A program made the translations under genes and the position numbers. This document shows positions 24,882-36,772 of a stretch of 64,000 nt of DNA, piece by piece (position 1 is the stretch's first letter; every line of letters begins with the position of its first letter). Source of the stretch: Hormiphora californensis (lineage: Eukaryota > Animalia > Ctenophora); NCBI GenBank assembly GCA_020137815.1, contig CM035350.1, positions 5,084,001 through 5,148,000 on the forward strand. Direction: 5' to 3'. The notes below the pieces were generated by a model. It did no database searches and was not told the origin of the DNA. It worked only from the letters and a program-made list of their open reading frames with translations.

Positions 24882-27318
24882 GGCCAGAGGGGGGGTCGGG
24901 GGGTCTAAAAAGTCACTTTCGGGGTTTGGTCCGGCTCGAAGAGCCGGACCAGATGAAATAGTTGGAATCGTTTTAGCGCGCACCGTTAAGGAGAAAATTG
25001 AGGTTAACTTTTCGCCCAAAATGAATGTAAACCTCAAAAAACTTGTATTTATGTCACATACACAGATGAAAATGGTACCAATCGATAGATCTTATCGAGG
25101 AGACCAAGTGTTCAAAGTTTCAGAGCTTTAAGCCATATAGTTGTTAAGATATTTGAGGTTAACATATCTCCCAAAAACTAACCTTTTGTTGAATATTTCA
25201 GAACATTTTTTTCACTTTCTGCACCACTTCCTGAAGAGACGGCTAGGACCTGGGCCTTGAAACTTCGCAGTTATGATTCTGAGATGGTGAACTAAAAATC
25301 TGGGGCAGGTGAGTAGAACTTCGCTCCTAATAAAAGGCTGCAATAAAAGGCTGCAATAAAAGGCTGCAATAAAAGGCTGCAATAAAAGGCTGCAATAAAA
25401 GGCTGCAATAAAAGGCTGCAGTGGATCACGTATCCAATTAGACTAAAGCGGGAGATAGACCGAATCGTCCTCCCCTAGTAGTATTTCGTTTCACGTATCG
25501 GTCTCTACCATAGGCGGTAGAGAGGCCGGATCACCTGCCCCTAATTATAGTGATTCGTGTCATGTATCCAGCTAAACCATAGGCGGTAGATAGACGGAGG
25601 AAGAGGTGAGAGTGAGAGATCTGAATCATGGACGACTAATCAAGTGTGGTATCACGTATCATGATATCCTCTAATGAAAGGTGGCAACCTACTTATAATT
25701 TGACCTAATCGGTCCCGATACGTGATTACTGATTTTCTACCCGGTAGAATCTACCGCTTATATTCGCCAATATTGTATTGATCCACGATTCAGTAGAGCG
25801 GAATCACACACTATACTATGATAGGTGAGCCAAGTGGTTGGGTGGTTCACCTGTCATTGTGCTACACGCTCAATCAATGGATCTACCCTACCTCATTAGA
25901 CCAACACTCTCAGTAGTTGCTGACTACGTCTACTGACCCTCTGGATCAGCTGTATGGGGCTGATGGCACCGTCCGTGGTAGAGACATGTTGAGGGGGTGA
26001 TCCCTGTAGTGATCTCACGTGGTTCGAAGTTTGGTCAGGCATAGAGAACTCAGGATGTTACAAAGGTGAACACATTTCAAAATCAAAACAGACGTTAAAT
26101 AGCCCTCATCAGTACCCTGATCACTGATCACAACAGGCCGGATCACCCCCTCAATATACCTCTACTGAATCGTGGATCGATACGGAAAGACTAAGGGAGT
26201 ATATTATATAGTGGTAGAGAATCACGTATCGGGACCAATGAGGTTTCATTGTCAATTGGTAACCGCTTTTCATTAGAGGATACCATGGTACGTGATACCA
26301 TACTCCTTTAATTGCCCATGACTCTGATGTTTCACTCTCTCAGTTCTCACTCCCTCTCTATCTCGGTATCTTTATCGCCTATGGTCTAGTTGGATACGTG
26401 ACACGAATCACTCATGTTAGGGGAGGGGAATTCGGTCTCTCTTCCGCCTATGATTTAGTTGGATACATGACACGAATCACTATGATTAGGGGATAGGAGG
26501 TGATTCGGTCTCTCTACCGCCTTTGGTATAGACCGATACGTAAGACGAAACACTACTAGGGGAGGACGAATTGGTGTATTTACCGCTTTAGTCTATTTGG
26601 ATCCATTGCAGCCTTTTATTGCAGCCTTTTATTGCAGCCTTTTATTGCAGCCTTTTAATGCAGCCTTTTATTGCAGCCTTTTATTGCAGCCTTTTTTTGC
26701 AGCCTTTTATTGCAGCCTTTTATTGGGAGCGAAGTTCTACTCACCTGCCAAATCTGGTGTAGCGATTTTTGATTTAGGCCCTAGTTCCTGAAATATTGAG
26801 GTTAACGTTTCAAAAATCAAGCTTTTTAAAATGTTAACCTCAATATTTCAGGAACTAGGGCTTAAATCAAAAATCGCTACACCAGATTTTTAGTTCACCA
26901 TCTCAGGATCATAACTGCCAAGTTTCAAGGCCCAGGTCCTAGCCGTCTCTTCAGGAAGTGGTGCAGAAAGTGAAATTGTGGACCTAAAGTTATCCAACAA
27001 AAGGTTGTTTTTTGGGAGATCTGTTAACCTCAAATATCTGAACAACTATATGGCTTAGACCTCTGAAACTTTGAATACTTGGTCTCCTTGATAAGATCTA
27101 TCGATTGGTACCATTTTCATCTGTGTAGGTGACATAAATACACGCTTTTTTGAGGTTTACATTCATTTTGGGCGAAAAGTTAACCTCAAAAAACAGGGCC
27201 TCCTGATACACTTGGTGCACAGCTACCCTATCCAAAACTTTCCTACCTCCGAGTTACATCACATATGTAAACCTCAGAAAAGTGCATTTTTTGACCCTCG
27301 GACCCCCCCCCTCTGGCC
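24882..27318. mobile_element. Kolobok-like palindromic element (C), TTAA TSD, inside B
   Basis: TTAA|GGCCAGAGGGGGGG...CCCCCCCTCTGGCC|TTAA; long internal inverted arms centred ~26820. Confidence 0.8.
25304..26749. mobile_element. Long-TIR element (D), GG termini, 8-bp TSD (Merlin-like), inside C
   Basis: TIR GGCAGGTGAGTAGAACTTCGCTCC + (AATAAAAGGCTGC)n; TSD AAATCTGG; empty site preserved on C's opposite arm (~26877-26900). Confidence 0.85.
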
Positions 27319-28004
27319 TTAACGGTTGGCTAATATACAGTAAGTAAGGTAATTTCTAAACTCTAAAGTACTCAGTAGTCAGTACCCGAAGGAATAAATT
27401 TTATTTTATAATGTAGATTCGTCAATTTGGTTCACATGTCATACACATTCCTTTGCATGCCGGTCAACCTCCGGATCGGATCACATTAGAGGTTCTGATT
27501 CCACTCACCCAAGGATCTGATAACAACTGCCCCCTGTCACACAGAGGTAGATAGATCAGATCACATGAGTCATGACCTGATGGAGAGGGGGAGAGAGACC
27601 ATAGACAGAGAGTAGAGATAGCAAGGCCTACGGGGACAGGGAATGAAGTTTTCTCTAGATTTGCGATTGGTACGATCGCCCCAGTTTCTAGTTTAGACAA
27701 TTTCGTTATCAATTCTAAAGTTTCATGATGATCGGAGATATTGTTCGGACCTAACTTCAGTCTCCAAATTCCAAAAAAACTGGCTGGAAAGGCTAAAAAT
27801 GGCTCAAAAATGGCTCAAAAACGGCAAAAATCGAGAAAAAAAAATTAAAAAAGAAAAAATTTCATCGACAGATTTCGTGTTCGATCCGAGGAGGCAGGCG
27901 CGTTCAAAATGCAGCGGAGAAATTAAAATATTCGCCGCCGCTCGTCTAAAGCGGCGCGGCGCGTACCGTTGCAATTTAATTGCGTGTTTTTAACCCTTTG
28001 AGGA

Positions 28005-28253
28005 GGCCAGCGTTAAAATCTGGGTGTTTGGTGAGTGCTGACAAACGGTTTTTTAGGGTTAGGGCTAAAGTGGGGTTAGGGTTAGGGCTGGGGTTTAGGT
28101 TGGGGTTAGGCCTTGACATTTCCTACCAGATAAACTTTGAATTAGCCAAAACGGTTGAGTGGTTTGGCGGTTAGAGCCATTTTAGTGAATCAACTTTTTT
28201 GGCAGCGCGCACCTGTAAATAGGCCACCAAACACCCAGATCGTAACGGCGCCC
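28005..28253. mobile_element. Mutator-like MITE with internal TTAGGG-like repeats, inserted in piggyBac left TIR
   Basis: ~27-bp imperfect TIR (..ATCTGGGTGTTTGG), 9-bp TSD CTTTGAGGA; second copy 60390-60626. Confidence 0.85.
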
Positions 28254-29021
28254 CTTTGAGGACCACAGGCCATATTTTTTTTATGACTGACTAAAGACTG
28301 ATTTCTCAGCTTCAGGATTAACTTTTGAGCCCAAACTAAAGCCTAAATCATAGTTTAGACATTTCTCTACCTAAAAATCCAAGTTTAATGCGCAATCATT
28401 GATGTTAAGGCTTAGATAATTGGGTCCAAATGATGTTCATTTTGGTCATTTTTTAACTTTTGATGCCATTTCTAAATAAAACGCCTCCTACGAATTTTCT
28501 ATAATTTTAAACACTTTAGAAGAAGACCAACTAGAACTGCAAGAAAAAAACCGCATCAAAAAATATTAAAAATTGACTGAGCTATAGCGATTTCAAAAAT
28601 TGGGTCATATATGACCCAGTGGTACTTATATGGTACAAAAAGGTTAGAGACGTCCTGTGTGAGCTATACTGTTATCAGGGACATAAAAACCGGCTCATTG
28701 GTGTACTAGAGACATGACTAAACTGTTACAACCGGAATATTACGTCTCAGACGGTTTTTTACCTGATTTGGGTCATATATGACCCAGTGGGCCGTTTGGG
28801 AAAATTTCAATGATATTGCCGAAAACTAATGAGTTTCGCTATTTCAACACAAAATAAGCATTTGAAAGTTATTAATATGCTATATAATGATTGTTTAACC
28901 ATTCAAATTAGATATTATGGGAATATTTACTAGATTTGGGTCATAAATGACCCAGTGGGTCGTATAGGAAAAAATCATACTTCGGATTCAAAAACTCAAA
29001 TTTCAGTCTTTATTTGATGTA

Positions 29022-29165
29022 CAGTCGGACCCCGATTTAGGGCCCCCCGATTTAGTGGCACCCCGATTTAGGGACAGGATTTTTTTTTCCCCGATATAGT
29101 GGACACCCCGATTTAGTGGACAAGAGCCTTTCCCCCGAGGGTGTCCCTAAATCGGGGTCCGACTG
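29022..29165. mobile_element. pogo/Tigger-like MITE
   Basis: TA|CAGTCGGACCCCGATTTAG...CTAAATCGGGGTCCGACTG|TA; empty site on the mirror arm (~30715); second copy 61215-61379. Confidence 0.9.
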
Positions 29166-31952
29166 TACAACCAATTACTCGTATCAATAAAAATCCAATC
29201 AATAATAGTCCAATCATTCTAACTGATGGTGATGATAAAAACAGTTTCGCTTTTGAGTCAGACAGAACCCCCTCCCTTTACAACCACTCTTTCGAAGTTT
29301 CAGTTTTGTTTGGATGGATGGCCTGGTAAGCTATTCGTGAGTTTATGAGTGATTGATCCATAATATTAAACACTAGTCTGAGATAGTACATGTGTTTCGA
29401 CCTCCTATTAGTTCCGCAAGTAATAGACAGTCTGTCGTGCAAGTCAACTCCCCCCATATTGACATTGTAGGACTCGATCACTTCTGGGCATGGAAAGGAC
29501 GACTTTTTTGCCTTCCCCTTCACTCTTCTCTGGATTGTTTCGACTTTTCCCAGCTATTGGCGCTTGTAATGACATGAACAGCCTTGTTGTCGATCCATTT
29601 TACCACGTTTATTGTCGTAGATGCTACTGCAGATGCGTTAGGTGACCGGAATATCTTCATCTTTCCAGGTGACATGTCCTTATCTGCAGGAAACGATGGC
29701 TCCTTTTCGACCTGCTGAAACTACCCCGGTATAATAGATACCATTCTCGAGAAGATTGAGGACTAGGGCGGGGGTTGAGAAGTAGTTGTCGGCGTACACG
29801 TTGACCCAGGTGTCCTACAGAGATTCTGTGAGACTAACAACAACAGATTCGCCTAGCCCCAGCTCAGGTGATTCTTTCTGTCCCGTGTATAAGGCAAATT
29901 GATAAAGGCAACCAGTTTTACTCTTGCATCTTCTCGAGAATGGTATCTATTATACCGGGGTAGTTTCAGCAGGTCGAAAAGGAATGCCATCGTTTCCTGC
30001 AGATAAGGACATGTCACGTGGAGAGATAAAGATATTCCGGTCACCTGCCGCATCTGCAGTAGCATCTACGGCAACAAACGTGGTAAAATGGATCGACAAT
30101 AAGCCTGTTCATGTCATTACAAGCGCCAATAGCTGTGAAAAAGTCGAAACAGTCCTGAGAAGAGTGAAGGGGAAGGCAACAAAGACGTCCTTTCCATGCC
30201 CAGAAGTGATCAAGTCCTACAATGCCTATATAATGGGGGAGTCGACTTGCACGACAGACTGTCTATTACTTGTGGAACTGATAGGAGGTCGAAACACAGG
30301 TACTATCTCAGACTAGTGTTTAATTTTTTGGATCAATCACTCATGAACTCACGAATAGCTTACCAGGCCATCCATCCGAACAAAACTGAAACTTCGAAAG
30401 AGTTTCGTTTGGCAGTTTGTAGAGGTATAGTTGAGGACTTTAGTTGTATAGAACGGGCATTCCCATTGCAACAGGTTAAGAAAGATGGATCATCTGCTCC
30501 AGCTCTTTCTGGGAGCCATCTTCCAGTTTATGTCGATCAGAGGCGTAGGTGTAATGTTTGCAAATCGGACAAGAAAACCTATATTGGTTGTTCGGCTAGT
30601 GGTTGTAAAGGGAGGGGTTCTGTCTGACTCAAAAGCGAAACTGTTTTTATCATCACCATCAGTTAGAATGATTGGACTATTATTGATTGGATTTGTATTG
30701 ATACGAGTAATTGGTTGTACATCAAATAAGGATTGAAATTTGAGTTTTTGAATTCGAAGTATGATTTTTTCCTATACGACCCACTGGGTCATATATGACC
30801 CAAATCTAGTAAATATTCCCATAATATCTAATTTGAATGGTTAAACAATCATTATATAGCATATTAATAACTTTCAAATGCTTATTTTGTGTTGAAATAG
30901 CGAAACTCATTAGTTTTCGGCAATATCATTGAAATTTTCCCAAACGGCCCACTGGGTCATATATGACCCAAATCAGGTAAAAAACCGTCTGAGACGTAAT
31001 ATTCCGGTTGTAACAGTTTAGTCATGTCTCTAGTACACCAATGAGCCGGTTTTTATGTCCCTGATAACAGTATAGCTCACACAGGACGTCTCTAACCTTT
31101 TTGTACCATATAAGTACCACTGGGTCATATATGACCCATGTCATAACACAAAAAGTAAAAACCCGATTTCAGTTAACCCTTTTCGTATAATCTTAGACTA
31201 TTCTCCTGACCTTCTCCACAAAAAATTAGAAAATTCTGTTCGGCCAATCGTTATGGTCCTCAAAGGGTTAAATAAAAAAGTTAACTTTTTTTTGCAGTTT
31301 TTAATTTTTTTTGCAGTTTTTGCAGTTTTTTTGACGGCGACTTTGTCCCCTCGACTCCTAGCCTACCGGGGTTTGCTTGTGGAGGGTTTCATCCCCACCG
31401 CCCTTGAACTTGGCTATTGCCCCGGACACACAGGGACACAGCACGGTGGAGCGGAGGCCCAGCTCTTTCCCTGGGGTTGTTGCCTAAAAATAATCTTCCA
31501 GCTCAGCCCATGGTCCTATTCGTAGTTTAACTAGAATGAAGAATATTCAGATCTGTACTGCGTGACCTTTTTTGGCCAAGCACAGGGCAGAACAGGGCAA
31601 ACATGCTAAGTGGGTCCAAGTGGGCCCACTGCACGTTAGAGTCTGTTACCGCTCTTTTACCACGCTTCGGTACTTTCGTAGATTCGACCTGAGTCTAAAC
31701 AGAGTGTTAGGTAGTAGGTATCTTCGATACCAATGGAGCGGCGGGTGTACCGGCGCGGGGCAAACAAGCGTGTTCGGTGCGGTCACTGCTACTTTTAGCA
31801 GGTCATCCACCAGTGACCAGACGCAGCACTCTCAACCAAACGGTTATCATGATAACTCAATCGCTAACTACGGGGACTACTTCCATGCAACAGTTCCAAA
31901 TAGCAATACAGACGATACAGATACTAGAGATACACTAAGTTATATGTTTAGC

Positions 31953-33066
31953 ATGGCAACAACATTAGAATACACAAGCCTGCCATCCGCTGATCTCGAT
32001 GGGATTAGTGGAAACATATTCGTGCCTGGATCTGACAACAACGACAACACCCTGGATGAACCTGTATCTACAACACTTGTAAGTTCTACTTTATAATAAG
32101 GATTAGTGACACATTCTTTTTGGTGATAACCATTAACATGATTAACCCACGTAACACATTTGAATACTAATATAATAATGACTCCAATTAGATGCGAGAT
32201 TTGAGGGCTGTGGGAAGCAAGTTTTACCACGTGTTGATACCCCGGGATGGTTCACTGCTTCTTCAGGATTGGGATCTGTGGGGACCCCTCCTTTTGTGTA
32301 CCCTCCTCGCCATCTTACTACAGGGACACGGTGGAGGTATGATATCAGCTTCATTTCCAAAGCAGAATATTCTCTACATTCGGTTGATTAGTTTTAGTTC
32401 ACAATGCTATACCACTGCGTTATCGGGAGCTAGTTAACAAAAACGAAGTTTTAGGTTTATAATTCAATATGGTGATTTCTCCCACCCAGATTCGGATAAC
32501 GATGGTGGACCCCAGTTTGCACAGGTCTTTGTTATCATCTGGGTTGGGGCTGCTGTGGTGACCATCAATTCAAAGTTACTAGACGGCAAACTGTAAGTTA
32601 TAACTTCATTTCCTAAATCACCAGCTAAAATGTTGTATTTTAACTTTATTCAATTTTCCAGGTCCTTTTTCCAGAGTATATGTGTACTTGGTTACTGTGT
32701 TTTACCTCTTGCTGTGGCTGCTGTTATTGTCAAGATTACAGCTCTGGTCGGGCTAAAGAAGGGTCTGGTGGCTATCATAGTGGATTTCATTATTGTAGCC
32801 CTCGCATTCAGTCTGGTCCATGTTCGGTAGGTTTATTTATTTAAAAGAAAATTTTTACCAGAAACAGTTGATAGTGGATGTCCCCAGATTTCTGTTAATT
32901 TGACCCACTACAAACACGTTTTCCTTGAATTATTAACAGTTGCATCCTTTCAGCGGCGGTGTGTTTTTTGAAGCCAACCAATAATCCCGGCAAGAAGATC
33001 ATCTCGACGTACCCTGTGGGACTATTTTATTTTGTTATTGCATGGCTTGTAGTATCTCAGCCTTGA
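31953..33066 (+). CDS. YIPF6: Yip1 domain family member 6 (5 exons; 1-nt surplus near 32810)
   Basis: NTLDEPVSTTL|MRDLRAVGSKF.HVL.P, LQDWDLWGPL, GGPQFAQVF.I.W.GA.VVT.NSKLL, SFFQS.CVLGYC.LPL, YPV.LFYFVI.W. Confidence 0.93.
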
Positions 33067-33291
33067 ACTCTCTTTTCTCTGAATATTCTACCGTGTCTGC
33101 AATGTTATTTTCTCTCCATATATTTTTCTCTCGGTTTTGGGTTAACAATCAAGTACAGTCTAGTGTACAGTTGTATATTTTGAATGTATTTGTTTTTTAA
33201 ATGCTGTGTTTGACTTCAAGGACAAAAAGGAATGTTGATTGACGATTGTTTCACTACCTAACCCATTCCTCTAGAAGCAACCAATAAAGCC

Positions 33292-33480
33292 ATGACTCGA
33301 TGTAACCAAAAGATCAAGTCTAATGTTGACTACCTGCACCTGGTAAAGAAGGATGATAGGAAGACAGCAGCAGCAGCTAGTACCACCTCAAAGATCCCTG
33401 TGTACAAGGCATTGAGGAACCTTATCTTGAGGAGGAAACTAAGGGCAGAACATGAGGAGTTAGTGAACAAGAGAAATTAG
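33292..33480 (+). CDS. Orphan 62-aa basic ORF
   Basis: Branch-like CCTAAC, pyrimidines and AG (33273-4) 17 nt before GCCATG; AATAAA at 33679; no recognised family. Confidence 0.4.
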   Translation: MTRCNQKIKSNVDYLHLVKKDDRKTAAAASTTSKIPVYKALRNLILRRKLRAEHEELVNKRN

Positions 33481-33788
33481 CACGACGAGATTAGGACTAG
33501 TGGATGAACTAAGCACGAGGAAAGTGACACGATTAGGACTAGTGGATAGGATTACAAAAATAATGAACTAAGTAGTGTACATATGATCTACAACGTGACA
33601 GAATGTGACAACCAATTTATTTTGAGATATTTTTTGATATGAGACATTTTTTATTTATTTCAGAGTTCATTTTTATGCAATAAAATGCTTCCAAGTTTGT
33701 TTTTATTTCGATACAAATCTAGTTTTCTTTGCGTCCCTCTCCTTCAAACCCCGTTCCAAAATCTAAAGCTACCACTAACCTACTTTTA

Positions 33789-34021
33789 TAGTCGAATTTT
33801 TTATTTAAGCGACAGGCCGCCGCACACTCAATTAGTTAATTGGTCATATCTCCGGTTCCTGATAAGATAAAGACTTGATCTTGGTTGCGTTGGAAAGATA
33901 AAAATTTTATCTTTCCAATGGCACCAAGAAAAAGTCGCTAGCTTATCAGGAACCGGAAATCGATTTCAAGCGCTGCATTTTGATGCACGGCGGCCTGTCG
34001 CTTAAATAAAAAATTGGACTT
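33789..34021. mobile_element. MITE immediately upstream of MIF
   Basis: ~35-bp TIR (AGTC.AATTTTTTATTTAAGCGACAGGCCGCCG), TA flanks. Confidence 0.75.
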
Positions 34022-34047
34022 TAACTCCTGCTTCCACAGCCATCACT

Positions 34048-34815
<768 letters not shown>

Positions 34816-35364
34816 AAAGAAGAGAGTTAGAGAATAAATAAGGAGAGAAGTAAAAAGACTTCTTGTTATGCCCCCTTGTTATGTTCTAACCCTCCCTTTA
34901 CATTTGTAACACAGTCTAGCTAGGCAAATGCCCCCATAAACATATGGCCCCCTATCTTTGGTTTATAATTCACATTTACCTGAGAGGGTCTTCCTATATA
35001 CCCCTTGGTTACGAAGTTACCCCTTGCCAGCGCACGCGAAGGTCGCCCGGCGAGTGTGAGGTGTCTTCGATACCAAATATACCCCACAATTTTAGGAAAG
35101 CCCCTTCCTCATCCTCATTTTTAGAGTGTTCATATCATGATAATGATACTGGAGTATTTTCAGAGAGCGTTTTTTGTCAGTTTTTAACGTGTGTGATTGT
35201 CATTCAGTATTTTAGTGTAAGATTTATTTTAATTGTATTGTATGCGGTGATATATATGTACTGTGCCATTTATAAAAGAGCAATTTCCCTACTTTACCCA
35301 TTCTTTCTAAATCTTTCTAAATTCACAACATCCCAATCCTGATCTCTTTTATAGCTGCAGTAAC

Positions 35365-36153
35365 ATGGGTAAGGTAAAGAAGACTAAGAAGTTTGGGACG
35401 GTCAAACGGATGATCCAGGCTAATGATCCCAGACTAAACAAGAACGCTGTGACAGAACAAAAACCAAAGGAAGAGAAAGAAGTGCGACATGTTAGAGAAA
35501 CCCTCCAGTGCCTTATTCTTCAAGTTTAATACCCAGCTAGGACCACCATATCACATCCTGATCGATACGAATTTCATTAACTTTAGTATTCGGAACAAGT
35601 TGGACATATACGCTAGTATGATGGACTGTCTCTATGCTAAGTGTACTCCATACATTACTGACTGTGTTATGGCTGAGTTGGAGAAACTGGGGGCCAAGGT
35701 ATGGGGACAGGTTGGGGGTGTAAAAATAGATTCGATAGTTTGGGGACACAATAGTTTAAGTTTAGTTTATTGTGCTTACTTTTCTGGGTCGAAATGTTCC
35801 CCAAACTTTCTTTCTCTTACTAACACCCCTCTCCCCGTAGTACTTTTCTGGGTCGACAAGTTCCCCAAACTTTCTTTCTCTTACTAACACCCCTCTCCCT
35901 GCAGTACCGTGTAGCTATACGTATAGCAAAGGATCCTAGGATAGAGCGGCTGATCTGTACCCACAAGGGCACCTACGCAGATGACTGCCTTGTACAGAGG
36001 GTCCAGGAACACAAGTGTTATATTGTTGCAACAAATGATAAGGATCTGAGGAGGAGGATTAGGAAAATACCGGGTGTTCCCATAATGTATGTCCAGCAGA
36101 AGAAGTATAGTATTGAAAGGATGCCAGATGCCTTTGGAGCACCCAGGACTTGA
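35365..36153 (+). CDS. FCF1: rRNA-processing PIN protein FCF1/UTP24 (2 exons; 1-nt surplus near 35492)
   Basis: [77 protein letters not shown]; exons 35365-35698, 35905-36153. Confidence 0.95.
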
Positions 36154-36772
36154 TGAAAGATTGTATTGTTACAGACATTGGGGGATATCTGAGACTTGCT
36201 GCAGCAGGGAGATAAGGATTTGGTATTGCTAGTTTTTGGGGGTTGGTTGTGTGAAAAGTAGGCCTATCTTCGCGCACTGGGACACACGAAATAATGCGCG
36301 CACGATCTGAACCCGGGCCGGGATCAATCGGGCGTTTTCGTGTGTTTTATTTGGGCCCTTTTTATTCAAACCCGTTGCGGAGGGAGAGAGAGGGTCAAGT
36401 GTGGCGAGGCCATCAGTGACTGTCCCATCTCTAATACAGGAAGAGATGTATTCAGAGTCGAGACCTTTTTCATCTGTTAACCGCTATTTTTATCTGTTTT
36501 ACAACCTGTTTAATTTATTACCAAACAACAGAGACACTTCGTATCAAGGTTTAAAACAACAAATTACCGGGGTAAAATAAAATAATGGTAAAATGGGGGT
36601 TTTCAGAGCGATAAGATTGAGACAGTACATATCACACATACATTTTAGACTCTCGGTGGAACAGTCGCCAATTCAAAATAAATAAACACAGTGTTTTTGA
36701 CCAATAGCTTCTTGACAAGATATACATACACACTCGCTGTGTTTTGATAATAAACAAACACATGATTGTCCT

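Larger units (their letters stand above)
21566..27349. mobile_element. Outer pogo-like non-autonomous element (B) hosting nested insertions
   Basis: TIR CCTTACTTACTGTATATTAGCCAACC (left copy split by element A), TA TSD; residual transposase C-terminus SG*RASGIIDAL...DPF at ~24640-24770. Confidence 0.75.
27994..31267. mobile_element. Defective piggyBac derivative with internal inverted duplication of transposase 3' half
   Basis: TTAA|CCCTTTGAGGACCA ... TGGTCCTCAAAGGG|TTAA; transposase motifs YADNYF (- strand ~29790), KW.DNK.V, YN..MGGVD..D, C-terminal Cys ribbon; palindromic subterminal TGGGTCATATATGACCCA. Confidence 0.92.

Noticed and set aside
26060-26112. CTGATGAG hammerhead-core candidates (also 24641)
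   Set aside because: No stem II closing onto a properly placed GAAA; 24641 lies in a transposase remnant
27464-27712. 82-aa minus-strand ORF / possible micro-exon
   Set aside because: Non-ATG start, no homology recognised, no partner exons found
28050-28112. Interstitial telomere / chromosome fusion scar
   Set aside because: Repeats are internal to a TSD-flanked MITE present twice in the window
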